Source: Eledone cirrhosa (lineage: Eukaryota). From it: a DNA stretch of 64,000 bases. Shown here piece by piece: positions 1 through 14,184 of this stretch. Positions within the stretch are counted from its first letter, which is position 1, and every line of letters begins with the position of its first letter. Below the pieces are notes generated by a model that was not told the DNA's origin, did no database searches, and saw only the letters and a program-made list of their open reading frames with translations. Location of the stretch: positions 120,404,001 through 120,468,000 of the forward strand of contig OZ024740.1 in assembly GCA_964016885.1 (NCBI GenBank), read 5' to 3'. The position numbers and the translations under genes are program-made.

Positions 1-1290
1 CTAAAAGTAAACCCCTATAATTAGCTTTTGTTGACTTGGAGAAAGCCTTTGACAGAGTCCCCCGCTCCATTATCTGGTGGGATCTTAGAAAACTAGGTGT
101 TGATGAATGGCTTGTGAGAGCTATACAAGCCATGTATAAAGAAACAGTCAGCAAGGTTAGAATTAAGAACAAATATAGTGAAGAGTTTAGCGTAAAAGTT
201 GGTGTTCATCAGGGCTCCGTTCTTAGCCCCCTACTATTTATTATTGCCCTTCAGGCTATAACAGAGGAGTTCAAGACCGGCTGCCCATGGGAACTCCTAT
301 ACGCAGATGATCTAACGCTCATAGCTGAATCAATGGCTGAACTAGAGAAGTAATTCCAAACATGGAAGCATGGCCTAGAATCAAAAGGCCTTAAAGTTAA
401 CTTGTCTAAGACTAAAGTTCTAGTTTGTAGGAAGGAAAATAGGGCACCGGTCCCATCTGGGAAATGGCCATGCTCAGTGTGTAGGAAAGGAGTAGGCAGA
501 AACTCCATTTTATGTCCCAAATGCAAAGTATGGGTGCATAAAATATGTAGTGGGATCACAGGTAAGCTAATTAAGAATATAGATTTTATATGTGGCCGGT
601 GCTCTGGTGCAATAAGTAGCAGCAAGTGCCCACGAAATACTAGCTCATTCCATTGCACAGATGGTTCTATAGAACTAGTGGACAGCTTCCGTTACCTGGG
701 TGACAAAATCAGCAGTGGGGGAGGGTGCTCTGAAAGTACAGTAGCTAGAGTCAGAACGGGATGGAAAAAGTTCAGAGAGCTTATACCACTATTAGCCGCT
801 AAAGGGTTCTCCCTAAAAATGAAAGGCAGGCTGTATGATGCCTGCATACGAACAGTAATGTTACATGGCAGTGAGACCTGGGCATTGTGTGCAGAGGATA
901 TACGCAGACTGGAGAGGAACGAAGCTTGCATGCTCCACTGGATGTGTAATAGTAATATACGTGAACGGCAAAGCATAAACGAACTAAGGGAGACATTAGG
1001 AATAAGAGGGATCAGATGTTGTTTACTCAAGAGAAGACTACATTGGTACAGTCACGTGATGCGCATGAAAGATGACAACTGTATAAAAAAGTGCAGGGCG
1101 ATAAAAATAGACGGTAGCCACGGAGTAGGCAGACTCAGAAAAACCTGGGACGACTTGATAAATTCCGACCTCACACACTTACACCTCTCCAAGACAATGT
1201 CACTGGACTGAGATCTTTGGCGCTACACAGTAATACAGAAGACCCGCCTTGCCTAAGTACAAAGCGAAACCTACAATCAGTAGGCACCTC
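1..1290 (+). mobile_element. RTE-clade LINE, 3' part of RT ORF (pseudogenised, stop at 351-353)
   Basis: DLEKAFD, GVHQGSVLSPLLF, LLYADD, FRYLG, MLHGSETW, RRLHWYSHVMR and GRLRKTW motifs; C4HC3-like Cys cluster after YADD. Confidence 0.92.
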
Positions 1291-1641
1291 TAACAAAAAT
1301 ACACCCCTGTCCCACTACCCCCACCCCATTAACACCACCCCCTTCCATGTGAAGTTATGTTGGTACCACAACATCCAGTCCAAAACAAATGAGGTCGTGA
1401 AGGTGTCACGACAAAAAAACACACAGTCCACGCTGTAATGTGGCCGTGTAGGTAACACGGTAAAAACCTCCCAGTCCACACTGTAAACGTGGTTGGTGTT
1501 AGGAAGCGCATCCAGCCGTAGAAAACCCGCCAGACAGTCCTACATGAGCAAGACAACCACTCTTGCCTCAAGTGGGAAAACTCCTGTCCAAACCCAGGCA
1601 AGCGTGGAAGATGGACGTTAAACAATGATCATGATGATGAT
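1291..1641 (+). mobile_element. SINE with RTE-type 3' tail (family B)
   Basis: Tandem 'cagtccacactgtaa' units, 'ttaggaagcgcatccagccgtagaaa' core and 'gcgtggaagatggacgttaaacaatgatcatgatgat' tail; relatives at 23665, 24690, 55650 and 59905. Confidence 0.75.
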
Positions 1642-1789
1642 ACACAGAATGCATTATCATCAAGCCTCAGTTTGCGTTTTACCAACTTTAAAATAAGAAT
1701 ATGACATGATTTTCAAGAAACATTAATTAAGTGGTTGTACATGGGTTAATTTCTACTATATACCATATATGCTCATGTATAAGTCTTAC

Positions 1790-1810
1790 CTTTTCCCTAG
1801 AAAGTACAAG
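1790..1810 (-). other. Candidate 21-nt microexon
   Basis: Minus strand reads tgtgttttcag|CTTGTACTTTCTAGGGAAAAG|gtaagac; near-consensus acceptor and donor; frame-preserving length. Confidence 0.4.
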
Positions 1811-3829
1811 CTGAAAACACAAAATGTAACTCTACATGTTGTTCATGGATGTTCTTCCTAATACATGATATTAGGAAGAACATCTAGCTTCAGAAACAAT
1901 GCCAAAATATGGAATGTATGAGCAAAACGTAGCTATCTAAACATATCTTGGCTTGGCCCTTGACAATCTGCCCAAACCATGCCAGTATGGAAAGACAGTG
2001 TAGAAAGATGATGATTATGTGGTTATGATAATGGTTGAAGTATGTGAAATGATGGAGAGATATATACACCGAGATATACTTTAGTATAGCAGGGAAAACA
2101 GATATAAAGTGATGATGATGATATGTATTATAAGATATGGTTACCAAATTAAATTTCGAAACTAAATATTTTACTAAATACAAAAATATATGACTGATTT
2201 GAAACTGAATATCCTCAGCAGACAATATATTCCAGAGGCTGGAGGAAGAAAAACAATATGTAATTGTACATGATGTATGTAGCATCATTTCTTTTCATGA
2301 AATAATGTTCAAAATAAAATGTAACAAGCTAATAACATTATTGGTATTAGTAAATTTTTATCAGAATGTTGGTAGTTGCAACATCACTATCGTACTTGTT
2401 ATTACCTTGATCATGTTTATTTGCAACCACTAACATAACAATACCAACAATAAACAGTCTAACACAATGATATGATTAGATATAGGATGGGAAAATCAAT
2501 CTATGTTTGTCTGAAATCTCTGAGACTCACTACATCATGTAGTATTCACTTAAATGACATGGTGCACTCTTGTTACAGATTTTATTACTCACAATTTTGC
2601 CTTTCATTGCTGCACCCCAATGTTGCATAAATTTCTTCTACAACAACTAGTACTTGCTTGTTTGTTTGTCCATCTATATTTCTCTTATCTTCCTATTATA
2701 TTTACTCACATCATCCTTTTTCCTCCCCTTCCACGAAGCAAAAGAATCCTCTTGTTTCAGAGAATCACATTATTGTTAGTGTTATCAATATGGTAAGATG
2801 TTAGGCCTTAAAGCAAAGAGTTTGCATCTATTTTTGATCATATTGTTTGCATTCCTGCAGAAGACTTAACAAACTGTGTTGAAAACAGACAGAGAATGTT
2901 ATTTGCAGAAAAGAAATTTAGTGTAACAAGACAGTCTTAAAACCACACTGTGCTTTGCATCAACATGAGGTCAAATAACGTGGCTTCAGTTTCATTTTAT
3001 TATTCTTTTTACATAATTTACTTTGTTTACTTTTTCCTTTTGTGAAAACCTTTAGTATGAAATTTATTTACAATGAGATGAATTACTTTTTTCCATAATA
3101 ATTATTAAAGAAATAGAAAGAAACATTTATTCAACATTTATTTTGTTAGACAGGTGTTTTTCATATAGGTGTAAAACCTTGAATATTTAGTGGAAGAAGC
3201 ATGTTATTTGGTGATATATCTTTTTTTTTATGCAATATTACTTATCTAAATGAGCTTGTTTCGAAAGTAAAGCCATTCAACTAGTTTAGTTCAATGTGCA
3301 CACATTTTAATATACTAAACACATACATACCCACAAAATTGTATTTATATACACTAAGATTTTTTAAATTTAGATGGAGGATGGAGATAGTATCAATAAA
3401 GTTTGAAGACACTACAACACAGCTGAGGATTATATGGTTGGTGTTTCTTGACGTCCTGTTGGTTTGGGTGTATTACTATCTCATACAAAGAGACAATACA
3501 CCTATACATCATTTTCTTTTTCATTTGTAAATTTCTACATGGTTTTATTTGACTTCACAGACAAAGTCCCTTTTATATGCTCTATACTATTCTATCATGC
3601 AGATTCTCATTAGAATATTAGCATGGAGTCATTGGGTGCCAGATGTAAATGGCCAGATATATCTACTTCATAAACTCTGTTACAAACCTGTTTATTAGGT
3701 CTACCTGATATATAAATTATAATTTTTATTGAATTGGTCTGGAAGGAAAAAATGCGTTTAAGGCATTTGCAAAATTTCTGAGACTGGTGCAGTTGGTGGT
3801 TACATGAAAAACATGTGTAAGGAGTGAAC

Positions 3830-4040
3830 CACAGAGAGCTGATGAACTTATTATAATGCAGCTTGAGATGGGAATACAATATGAGGAACGAGAGGAGGAG
3901 AGACAAATTAGGGGTGCCTGATTGCATGAGTCCAGCCAGCTATAAAGAGCAACGAGCAATATAGTAGTGGTAGAATATGCAAAGAGAGGTGACAGCATAT
4001 CTTGTTATAAGAGTTGTAGCATTCAGTGCAGCCCCTAAGA
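3830..4040 (-). mobile_element. Degenerate CR1/Jockey-group LINE ORF2 C-terminal fragment
   Basis: Minus strand translates AVTSLCIFYHYYIARCSL*LAGLM, resembling the (RR)xVASLxxFYRYYxGxCSxEL motif. Confidence 0.45.
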
Positions 4041-5379
4041 ATATGTCCATTTTATGCTTAGAATAAAAACCAAGTTTATCACACAAGAAAGAATCTCCAT
4101 GTTGTGTGCATTATCATTGAGATTTTTATGCACACCAACTATTCCAGTTAAGGCAAGACAACTTTAAGTATAAGTTAACAATAGAAAACTCCAGAGTATA
4201 TCACCAAGAATAAAATACCTTATTCATAAAAGTGTAAAATGTGTCAATTTATTTTCTATAGAGAAAGGGATGGAAGCAGAGAACCAAATACTGAACATTG
4301 TGCTAAGTTAAATTGTTAGTACTGGGTTGTATTTTGTTCTTCAACATAGTACTGCAGATTGCATGAATCACTTCAAGCAATCTGAATATTAGTATTTTAT
4401 ATATCTCAAGTATGTTATGTATCTCAGGAATGTGTGCTTATTGTAAGGGAGTACATAATCTGCAAAACAATGTTTGCAAATTCATAAACAACTTGTGTAA
4501 TTATTGAACTGATGCTTATATAGAAAATAGATGAAAATTAATACAAAGGAAATTATAAAATGTTTGTGTATTGGCTGGTATATTTAACAAATGAAATATT
4601 TCCTTATTGATTTTAGAAGAATTTATATTTAAAGAATTTCAATTTCTCGACAGAGGTTTTTGCTACTTGTAACAACAATGAGTTTGTTTGTACTGTATTC
4701 TGTAAAACTCAGTGTTTGAAGAATTATTTCCATTGACATATACATCTTCCAATATATGAGGAGTATTTCACAAATTATAAAGGTAATTTTGAGATACTAC
4801 TAGCATATTACATAGAGTGCATATTTTATGTATGTATTGTGCAGGTAGTTGTCCAATAGTGCTCAGTTGTCACCTCCAGCTCCTGCTAATTCATTGGAAC
4901 TCCTCTAAACTAATGATAGAGTTCTAGTAGCTGAATCTGCCTAAGAATTAGTGAAGAATTACCAAAAAATGGAAGCAAAGTTTGATTCAAGAGTGCTCAA
5001 CATAAACTTAGCAATGACAAGAAATCTAGTTAGGAGCAAATAAGACCTAACTCTATGGCCATCAGGGAGATGGCCAGGCTAAATATGCAGAAAGGTAGGT
5101 AGGTACAGGGTATAGCAAATGTCTTCATAAGTAGCAATTACACATGATTAGTCACCCATGAAATCAATAATTACAAAAGCTTAGAAGGCTCCCTGAAATT
5201 ACTTGATAGCATACTAGAAACCCCTACTTAGCAATGGGAGCAGGTGTTTTAAAAATATATTAGCCAGAGTTGCAACAGGGCAAATAAAGTTCATGGTGCT
5301 ATTAAATTTGCAGGCAACAAGGATATTCTCTCTCTAAGTAAAGGGCACAATGTATGATGATTGAAAATATAATATAGCA

Positions 5380-5785
5380 TTGCATGGTGTACAAACATGG
5401 GCTTTGAATGTAAATGTAGAGAATATGCGAAGGCTGGATAGAAATGAATTGAGTATATTTTGATGAATGTGAAATGTTAATGTGCTTGGCTTGACAGGGG
5501 ACAAACAAACTGAGAAATACGGGGAATACGAGGAATGAGATATAGTGTACAAGAGAGAAGACAGAACTGGTACAAAAGTGTGGTACATATGGATGATGAC
5601 AATCGAATGAAAAAAAGTGGAGGGAGAATGACCAAGGAAAACAAGAGAAGAAGAGAAAACTGATCTCATAAGGTTGGATTTCTCAAAGGAGATGGCAATG
5701 GACTGTAACAACTGGCAAGATGTTGTGCTGGAGAAGAACCATTTAGCCTGTGCAAGCATAGAGAAGCAGACATATGATGACTACT
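5380..5785 (+). mobile_element. Degenerate RTE LINE 3' end
   Basis: ENMRRLDRNE and LRNTGNTR-like remnants colinear with the RTEs at 900-1210 and 53563-54000; 'gcaagcatagagaagcagacatatgatgac' tail. Confidence 0.6.
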
Positions 5786-8674
5786 ACAACAATTATGATT
5801 TATATTTATATATTATAAATGACCTTTATATATATAAATAGTGACTATGAAAGTTGGTTTATTCATGAGTGAAATTTATTATTAAATTTACTTTATTGAG
5901 ACAATTAATATCACTTTGCAGAATTTTGAATGTTTTGTTAGTCTTAACTCCCTTATATAAATATTTTGTAAATCATTCACAGATTTGTGAAGTCAAATTT
6001 CCAGCCTACTTAACACTAATCAACATTTATACCTTCATCTAACAAGATCCAAATGCCTCTTTAATTTTGATTTGGTATCATAGTCTGGTAACTTTTGATT
6101 TCTCATCCAAAACGAAATAGATCACACTCATTGTTGGATGTGAATATCTTGTATGTGCATATACACACACCTACTTTTATGTGTAACAAATACATTACAG
6201 TATTATAACTCTTAGTAACTATAAAGGCTCTCAACCATTAGAAGCTATTTATTGGATAAAAACAGTAAGTAATTTAGAGTTATGGGTCTTGCCTGAATAC
6301 AACAATCTAGAAAATTAGAGAAGTAACAATCACTAGGAATAAAATATTTATGTTCTCTAATATTGAAAAATATAACCTTTATATAAACTCTTTATCTAAA
6401 TATATATTTTTCATCATTTTATAGTAGGTGACATAATTTTTGCAATTAATGTTTGCTGGAGTTATGATCTGCAGATAGTATCAGCAATAGAAAGAACGAT
6501 GAAAACAAAATTTAGTTTGTCTGATCTGATGACTCTTAGTTATAGTAGAAGAAGGCAATAATCTTTATTAGATGAAATTATAGTAATATAGGCAGTAAAT
6601 ATAAAACACCAATAATATCTAGCTAGGTGTGAAATACCAATGTAAGTACATGTTCAATTAAGGAACATAAAACCTAATTATTTTGTAAATACTATTTTAA
6701 TGATAGTGTAGGTTTTTAATACTCAAATCTGACAAGTTAACTATTTTGTTCTCATACTTATAACGAAAGACACACCTTGTGATTTTCAAATAATTTTGAA
6801 AACAGGAAAGAATTTTGGGGGATTTAGGAATATAACAAACTTTGATGTTAGTAATCTGTTGTATGGAGCGTAGCTTAACAGATGTTCCTACATAAAACTA
6901 TGATGGTTTTCACATGAATATAAACACTTTGAATTAAACAGTTTTGTATCAGAGAACCAGTCTTGGCTTTAGGAATAAAATAGAAAATAAATAACATTAA
7001 CTTTCCATTCTGTTAAGGGGTCAGTAGATAATAAATACAGATTTGTCAATTCAAATGATTATAGTGTCTTTACAAGTGGAAATGGTATCATGAACATTTG
7101 CAGTAAACTAAAGTAAAGACTTTAGTTTCTAATGTGATGTAGCCATAATGCTGCTTTCTACTTTTTAAGAACATTACGTTAATGTGGTCTTATGAGGAAT
7201 AGGGGGTTAAGAGTTACATTCAAAATAAGAGACAAAATAATTAATCTCTCACATTTCCTTAATTTGAGATAATGTTACATACATCTATACAAAACTGTTT
7301 CAAATCTACCAGCTCTGATATACTATGGTTTCATTTATTATCTTTGAATCAGTCTATTTTATTCTAATATACATAATCACTCTGTAAATGCAATTATCCC
7401 TCTTTATGCACTGACCAATGCTTTTGATATTTAATTATATATTTGCCATTAAACTATCACTATATATTTGCCATTAAAATATGACTAATGCTTATTTCAC
7501 ATGTTTGTAGTAGAAATATATAACACACTGTGTAATTGCATTTAAGAGAACAATAATTAATTTAAGTAATATCATCAACAGCAGTTAGAATAAATGAAGT
7601 GTTCAAAATACACAGTGGTGGAAATGAAAATATTTTAAAGCTGATATTAATCTCTTTCTTGCATTTGTATTAACAACATCTCGATAATAAACTGCCAAAT
7701 GGTAACAGCAATTAATATAGTTATGTAGGCCAATCATTATCTTTGCATACAAATCAAGAACACATAGAATATATAAGGTTTTAAAGTCAACATTACCCTG
7801 CTCTTAACTTTTGAATGGGTTTTCTACAGAACACATTATCACTATTAATCTGCTACAATGATCAACTCTCACATACCAATACTAAACATGAATCCTATAA
7901 TATTCTTGAATATAAAAACATTACCCCTGAGACAACACCAATTTATCTTTCACATCAAACACCAAAAGGTGTGATGGTTTGAGCATATCATGAATGTGCC
8001 AGCTTACAAACTAGCCTATCATATGCATAACACATAAATGACAATTGATGGAAACTTGTAAAACAGTGGCTCTTTTTTCCCATGACACATCCAATGATAC
8101 ATGTGGAAAGATAAATGAAAGAAAAACATAACTGCATGTTTCATTCGTTTGATATCTATTAAAGGAGACATATTTTTAACTTATTTCTAATATAAAAATT
8201 TCCAATAGAAGAAACATCAAAGTAACTATTATTTCAACAGTGATTTGATTGAATGTCCATGCAGAATATATTGAACTTGGTGATCTTTTAGAAGAAATTC
8301 AATTGAGTAGTTATCAGATTTTACTTTATCAATATATAAGTAACACAGCAACAAGCATTTTAAGGTCATTTTCCCCTTTTAAAGCAGGGATTAGTACTGT
8401 AGACTTCAGACCAGCTTCCCACATGATAATGTTCTTTTAGAGGCAATGTTTTTTAGCCAGTTGCCCTTCCCCATGCTGCCCATTTTACTTGATCTTATAA
8501 CAAGAAAAAGAATGGTGTGCCCTATTTTAAACTGGATAAACAATATAGACCAAGCATCAAATCATTGACTATAATTTCCACAAAGATTTCACTAAAGCCA
8601 CGTATTGGATATATTGAACTTGGTGATCTATTACACAATGTTCAATCAACTTATAATCATATGTAACTTGATCA

Positions 8675-8960
8675 GTATGGCTGAATGGTTAAGAAACTCA
8701 CTTTAAAATCATAAGTTTACAGGTCCAATGCAACTATATTGCTCCTTGGTTAAGTGTTGAGCTAAGCCTTGTGATTGAAACTTGTTAGATAGAAACTATT
8801 TGGAAGCCCACTGGATTGACTAAACTTGAAGTTCAAATGGCGAACTTTGTCCCACACTCTGTCATGCTAAATCTCCCTGTTTTTATAATGAGAGTATTTT
8901 GTTTACCAAACAACTAAAACACTCATCAGTATAACTGATGGAAATCCTTTTGTTCAGCAT
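8675..8960 (+). mobile_element. Old tRNA-derived CORE-type SINE (family D)
   Basis: 'tggctgaatggttaaga' A-box-like head; body similar to 29645-29945. Confidence 0.5.
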
Positions 8961-9389
8961 ATATTGAGTCCATATAATGAATTTTATTTAAACACAAACA
9001 TGAAATGTACACAAATACATTCTAGTGTTTGCTGTGATTGTTGTGCTATAACATTCATGTTACAAAATGGAATAGATAATATAGCAAATATATAACTGCA
9101 TATAAGAGTATATACAAATATGTGGAAACCATTCTTCAAGGCATATATAATTAAAAACTAGACAATAGAACATTTCTAATAGATTAACCCATGCTATCGT
9201 GGAAGATGGACGTTAAACGAAGATGATGATTAACTAATGTGATACGTTTTTTTTAATCATAGACATCTTAATTCTTAGTGAATGATTCAATACATATTTT
9301 TGTTGTATTATAACAATAAATATTGCTATTGGTCTTTCTATTAACATTATTGGTATTAGTATATTATTAGTATATTATTGGTATTAGAA

Positions 9390-9562
9390 TATTGTTGGAC
9401 AAAACACTTTTCAGCATTAGTTTCTACTCATTACGTTTTGAGATCAATACCCACCAACATCAAATTTGTCTTTTATCTTTTTAGATGAGCACGTACCAGT
9501 CAAATAATAAGATTAATGTGACTTTTCCCTCCCTTGTACCTAAATTTGAAACCATTATTATC
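9390..9562 (+). mobile_element. Diverged SINE, family A
   Basis: Colinear similarity to 54749-54928, ending 'aaatttgaaaccattattat'. Confidence 0.5.
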
Positions 9563-10132
9563 ATCATCGTGAAATACAGCCCAATACAAAATCTATAATT
9601 TATGTGTGCTTCACTTATTTTAAAGAATTCTAGTTTAATTCCATCATGCTCTATCTGTATGTGATCTTACTTTCTTTTAGCCTGTTTATTCAAAATCAGG
9701 TAAAACTGCCCTTGATCCTAAAAGGGAAAAGAACTGATTGTTTTGAAGTATTTGTATTTTATGAAAAACCTTTGGTCATCATTTTCTGTGATAACCACTT
9801 TTAAGTTACGCTCCAAACACCAGCTTCATAATGAGAAAGTTATATTGCTACATCACACCAAATTCATAGGAAATGAGAAATATAATTACGTAAAAGGTGA
9901 AACAGATACAGCCAATAGATAATGCTGTCAACCCTTTTGTTGCCATATTTCTAATGAAAGAGAATATCTAATCATTTTGACAATAACCAAGAATTTGGAT
10001 GTTTTTTTTCTAATATAACTAATCTTATTATTAAAACTGATATTTGCCATCTAATTTAATAAAGGCTGATACAGAAAATTAAGAGGGAGGGTTTCTTCGG
10101 TTAGCAGAGACATATATATATATATATAAATA

Positions 10133-10955
10133 TATTTATTAAAATAACAGATTAAAGTTTAAGCAAAGAATCGCTGCTTTCACCCTTAACGGGATCTTCT
10201 GAAACTAAAAAAGTCAATCTGTGAACGCAGAAGTAAATATTTCAAAAAACGTTGCAACCGAAAGAAGACAGGAAGACGATATTTTGGTTCGTGGAAACGT
10301 TCCCTGGCAAAGAACAGAAAAAACCGAAGATAATACGTCATTATTTGGTGCGGTGAAAACAATTACATGCAAAGACAAAACCACGTTTATGGTATAAATG
10401 AAGTCGTAGACTAATATTCTATTAGGTGGTTCATGGAGACGTTCTCTGGCAATGAACGGAAAAAACGAAGATAATACGTCATTATGTGGAGCAATGAGAA
10501 CAATTACACACAAAGACAAAACCACGTAAATGGTGTAACTGAAGTCGTAGACTAAAATTCTATTTAGGAAACCAAATGATTCTCGGCTTCAGAGTTAAGA
10601 ATACAGTAAATAAAATACAGAGTTAATTGAAATTAAATATATACATACACGCATCCAAATACGTACATATACAAGCATACGCGAAAACACTCGCCATGGG
10701 TATGCAAATACAAGCACGTACACAAAACACACGCACCCATATACAGAACCCACGCAACGCCATTACCCGCACACATACAAACGTATACACCAAATACACA
10801 TAAAAATATATATTAAAAAAATATATATACATATATGTGTGTGTGCGCGTGTATACATAATTAAATAAACGTATATAAATATACACGTAAATACGTATAT
10901 AACGCACGCACATACATACCTAAATGTAAATACACACAAGTTCGCAGACGTTAAT
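10133..10955 (-). mobile_element. 3' UTR/pseudo-LTR of the PLE family found at 14185-15425
   Basis: Reverse complement of ~14725-15425; internal ~141-bp tandem duplication; (TA)n at the left end. Confidence 0.85.
10156..10206 (-). ncRNA. Type-I hammerhead-like motif, CAGAAGA core variant
   Basis: Minus strand: agttt CAGAAGA t ccc gttaa ggg t GAAA gca gcgattctt tgc TT aaact. Confidence 0.65.
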
Positions 10956-10964
10956 AATAAAATG

Positions 10965-13513
10965 TGAAGAAACCCTAACAATCAAAGAGGCAGATAAAGG
11001 GAGTGCAGTAATCCTTACGAGGACAGATTATTACATGACTCTAGTACTCTCAACTCTAGAAAACCAAACATTATTATGAAAAGGCCCAACACTACACACA
11101 ACAGAAAATAAATGAGAAACCTAAAATCCCTAACAACCCTCTACTGAGAAGGCCTTACAGAGAAGGAATACAACTACATCACTAATTATTTCAAAAGCAA
11201 AACCAGACTCTTCTACGGTATCCCAAAGACACACAAAAGCGAAGTAATAGGCAGGGCCTGCAAGCAATCCACAGACATTTCCATCAATATACCCCCTCCT
11301 GATGATCTTAAATTAAGACCCATAAAAGCAGGCACCACATGTGAAACCCACCGTCTTCCTAGATATTCTGCTTAAACCTTTCCTAAAACACATAAAAAGC
11401 TTCATAAAGCTCAACCTCCTCCCAACAACACTCAATAATGAACACGCCCTACTACAACCTTTGATGTAATCAATTTATATTCCAATATCCCACACAACCT
11501 AGGTATAGAGGCAATACAATTCTGGCTTGAACATTTCCCCAGTGAACTTCCACAGCGTATCCCTAAAGAATTTGTGTTGGAGGGGAGTCAAATTCATATT
11601 GGAAAACAATTTCTTCGAATTCAATGCCAAATACTACAGACAGAAATCTGGGACTGCCATGGGCATGAAAGTGGCCCCCTCATACGCCAACCTTGTCATG
11701 GGATATTTGGAAACCACTCTCTACCGCAAAGTTCTAGACAAATACGGCAACCACGTCTACCAACACATAGAAAAGAACTGGAAGAGATATCTGGACGACT
11801 GCTTCATCCTCTGGCATGAAAGTATAGAAAGACTGATTGAGTTTAAAACCCTTCTGAATGGGCTCAACACTAACTTACAATTCACAATGGATTACAGCCA
11901 TGAACAACTCCCTTTCCTCGACATCCTCATCAAGAAGACAAGCAACAAAATAGAAACAGACATATACTACAAACCCACAGACTCCAAACAATACCTTCCA
12001 TTCAACTCGTGCCACCCTCGACATACCAAAATGGCAATTCTTATAACCTATCCAGAAGGATCTGCACAATAGTTTCAGATAAATACACATGCCACACGAC
12101 TAGAAGAATTAAAAAATACACTTATCAGCAGAAACTACCCACCATCCCTTATCAACAATGGATTCCAACGTGCCCTAAAACTCGACATCCAGGAACTCAG
12201 ACACCCCAAAATCAGGAATGAACTGCAACAGAAAACTCTACCATACATCTCCACACACAACCCCCTCAACAATGAAGCATTCGACAGCATCCCCCAGAAC
12301 ATTCCTTTACTAAAAAGTGACCCAAGAATGAACAAAATCCTCCAAACACACATCATAAAGAGCAAAAGACAACGCAAATCCATAAAAAACATCCTCACAC
12401 AAGTCAAAATCCAACCAACCCTCACAATGAACCCTACAGTAAAAAAATGCGGAAGGCCAAACTGTGGCATATGCATAAATCTAATAGAAAGTTCAGTATT
12501 CCATTTTAAACAAGGACAACATTTCACAGTTAAACACAACTTGACATGTGCATCTGAAAACCTAATCTATGTTTTAACCTGCTCGGGTTGTCAAGAGCAC
12601 TACATAGGACAGACAAAAACAGCCTCCGACAACGTATGACCGTCCATAAATCACAAATCAAAATACAGGAATACAGAAAGATTGCGTTTAGTGAACATAT
12701 TGCCAATTGTGCACCCAACCGACATCCAAATTTAAAATTTTTCCCATTTACAAATTCATAGACAACGCTGCTTTCATCTATCGTACCAATGAGAAAACAT
12801 AGTTCATTGACAAATTCCAACCTCTACTTAATGCACTAAACTAAAACTGAAACGAGCAATGAACCAAATCCAAATACGTATGTCTCTCTAAAGAGTTACC
12901 TCCCTGACACCCTACCTAATCCTTTTTCTTATATAAATTAAATACCATCCATCATTTCTATCCCACCTACCTGACCACCCTGAATTACACCCCACACTAC
13001 ATATTAACTCTGTAAAAAGGGAAATCATATCAAACCCCAGACTACCATTTGCCTCCATCATGGATCAACTAAGCACTCTTGCTATATTAACACATTTTGA
13101 TCTGCTTATCTTCAAGAACTATGCCTGTAAATAATATTTTTTCTTTCTCATTGCCTTATTATATTGCGCCCCTTTTTTTCTTTTCACTTCATAAACCTTG
13201 TTTGTAAATAACATTATTCTTTCTTCACCATTTCCTTAATATGTTCAACACCACCATTTTACACCAATACATATTAGTAACATTTGATAATGCATAAAAA
13301 TGCTGAAACCGGTAATAGACAATTATTAAATATATAAATAAATAAATAAATAAATGCCATTGTTAATAAATAAATAAATTAACTAAAAGCTTAACACTTC
13401 ACACAGTAAAATATTTTGTTTTAATTATTATCTAACTCAGAAAAAAAGAGAAAAAAAATTAAAAGGAAAAAAATATATTTTTCTTCCTAACAATCATCTT
13501 TTTCTTTGTTTCC
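10965..13513 (+). mobile_element. 5'-truncated Penelope-like element (Neptune-like), RT + Cys linker + GIY-YIG, frameshifted
   Basis: IKEADKG, FYGIPKTHK, FDVINLYSNI, QKSGTAMG, RYLDD, LPFLD, YYKPT; CGRPNCGIC linker; NLIYVLTCSGCQEHYIGQT; followed by (TA)n. Confidence 0.93.
13281..13320 (+). ncRNA. Degenerate minimal hammerhead in PLE 3' UTR
   Basis: TTGATAA t gca taaaaa tgc t GAAA ccgg TA; core two substitutions from CTGATGA; palindromic stem III. Confidence 0.5.
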
Positions 13514-14060
13514 ATATATATATATGTATATATATATGTATATATATATACATATATACATATATGTATATATATATATATACATATATACATATATGTA
13601 TATATATATATATACATATATACATATATGTATATATATATATACATATATACATATATGTATATATATATATACATATATACATATATGTATATATATA
13701 TATATACATATACACATATATGTATATATATACATATACATATATACATGTATGTGTATATATATACATATATGTATATATATATACACATATATACTTA
13801 TATGTATATATATATACACATATATACTTATATGTATATATATATACACATATATACTTATATGTATATATATATACATATATATATATATGCATATATA
13901 CATATATGTATATATATATACACATATATACTTATATGTATATATATATACACATATATACTTATATGTATATATATATGTATATATATATATACATATA
14001 TATATATATACATATATGTATATATATGTATATATATATATATACATATATATATATACA

Positions 14061-14112
<52 letters not shown>

Positions 14113-14184
14113 CATATATATACATATGTGCATATATATACATATATGTATATATATATATATGTATAATATATATACATATAT
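13514..14184. repeat. (TA)n microsatellite with CA/TG interruptions and ~30-bp higher-order units
   Basis: Seen directly. Confidence 0.98.
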
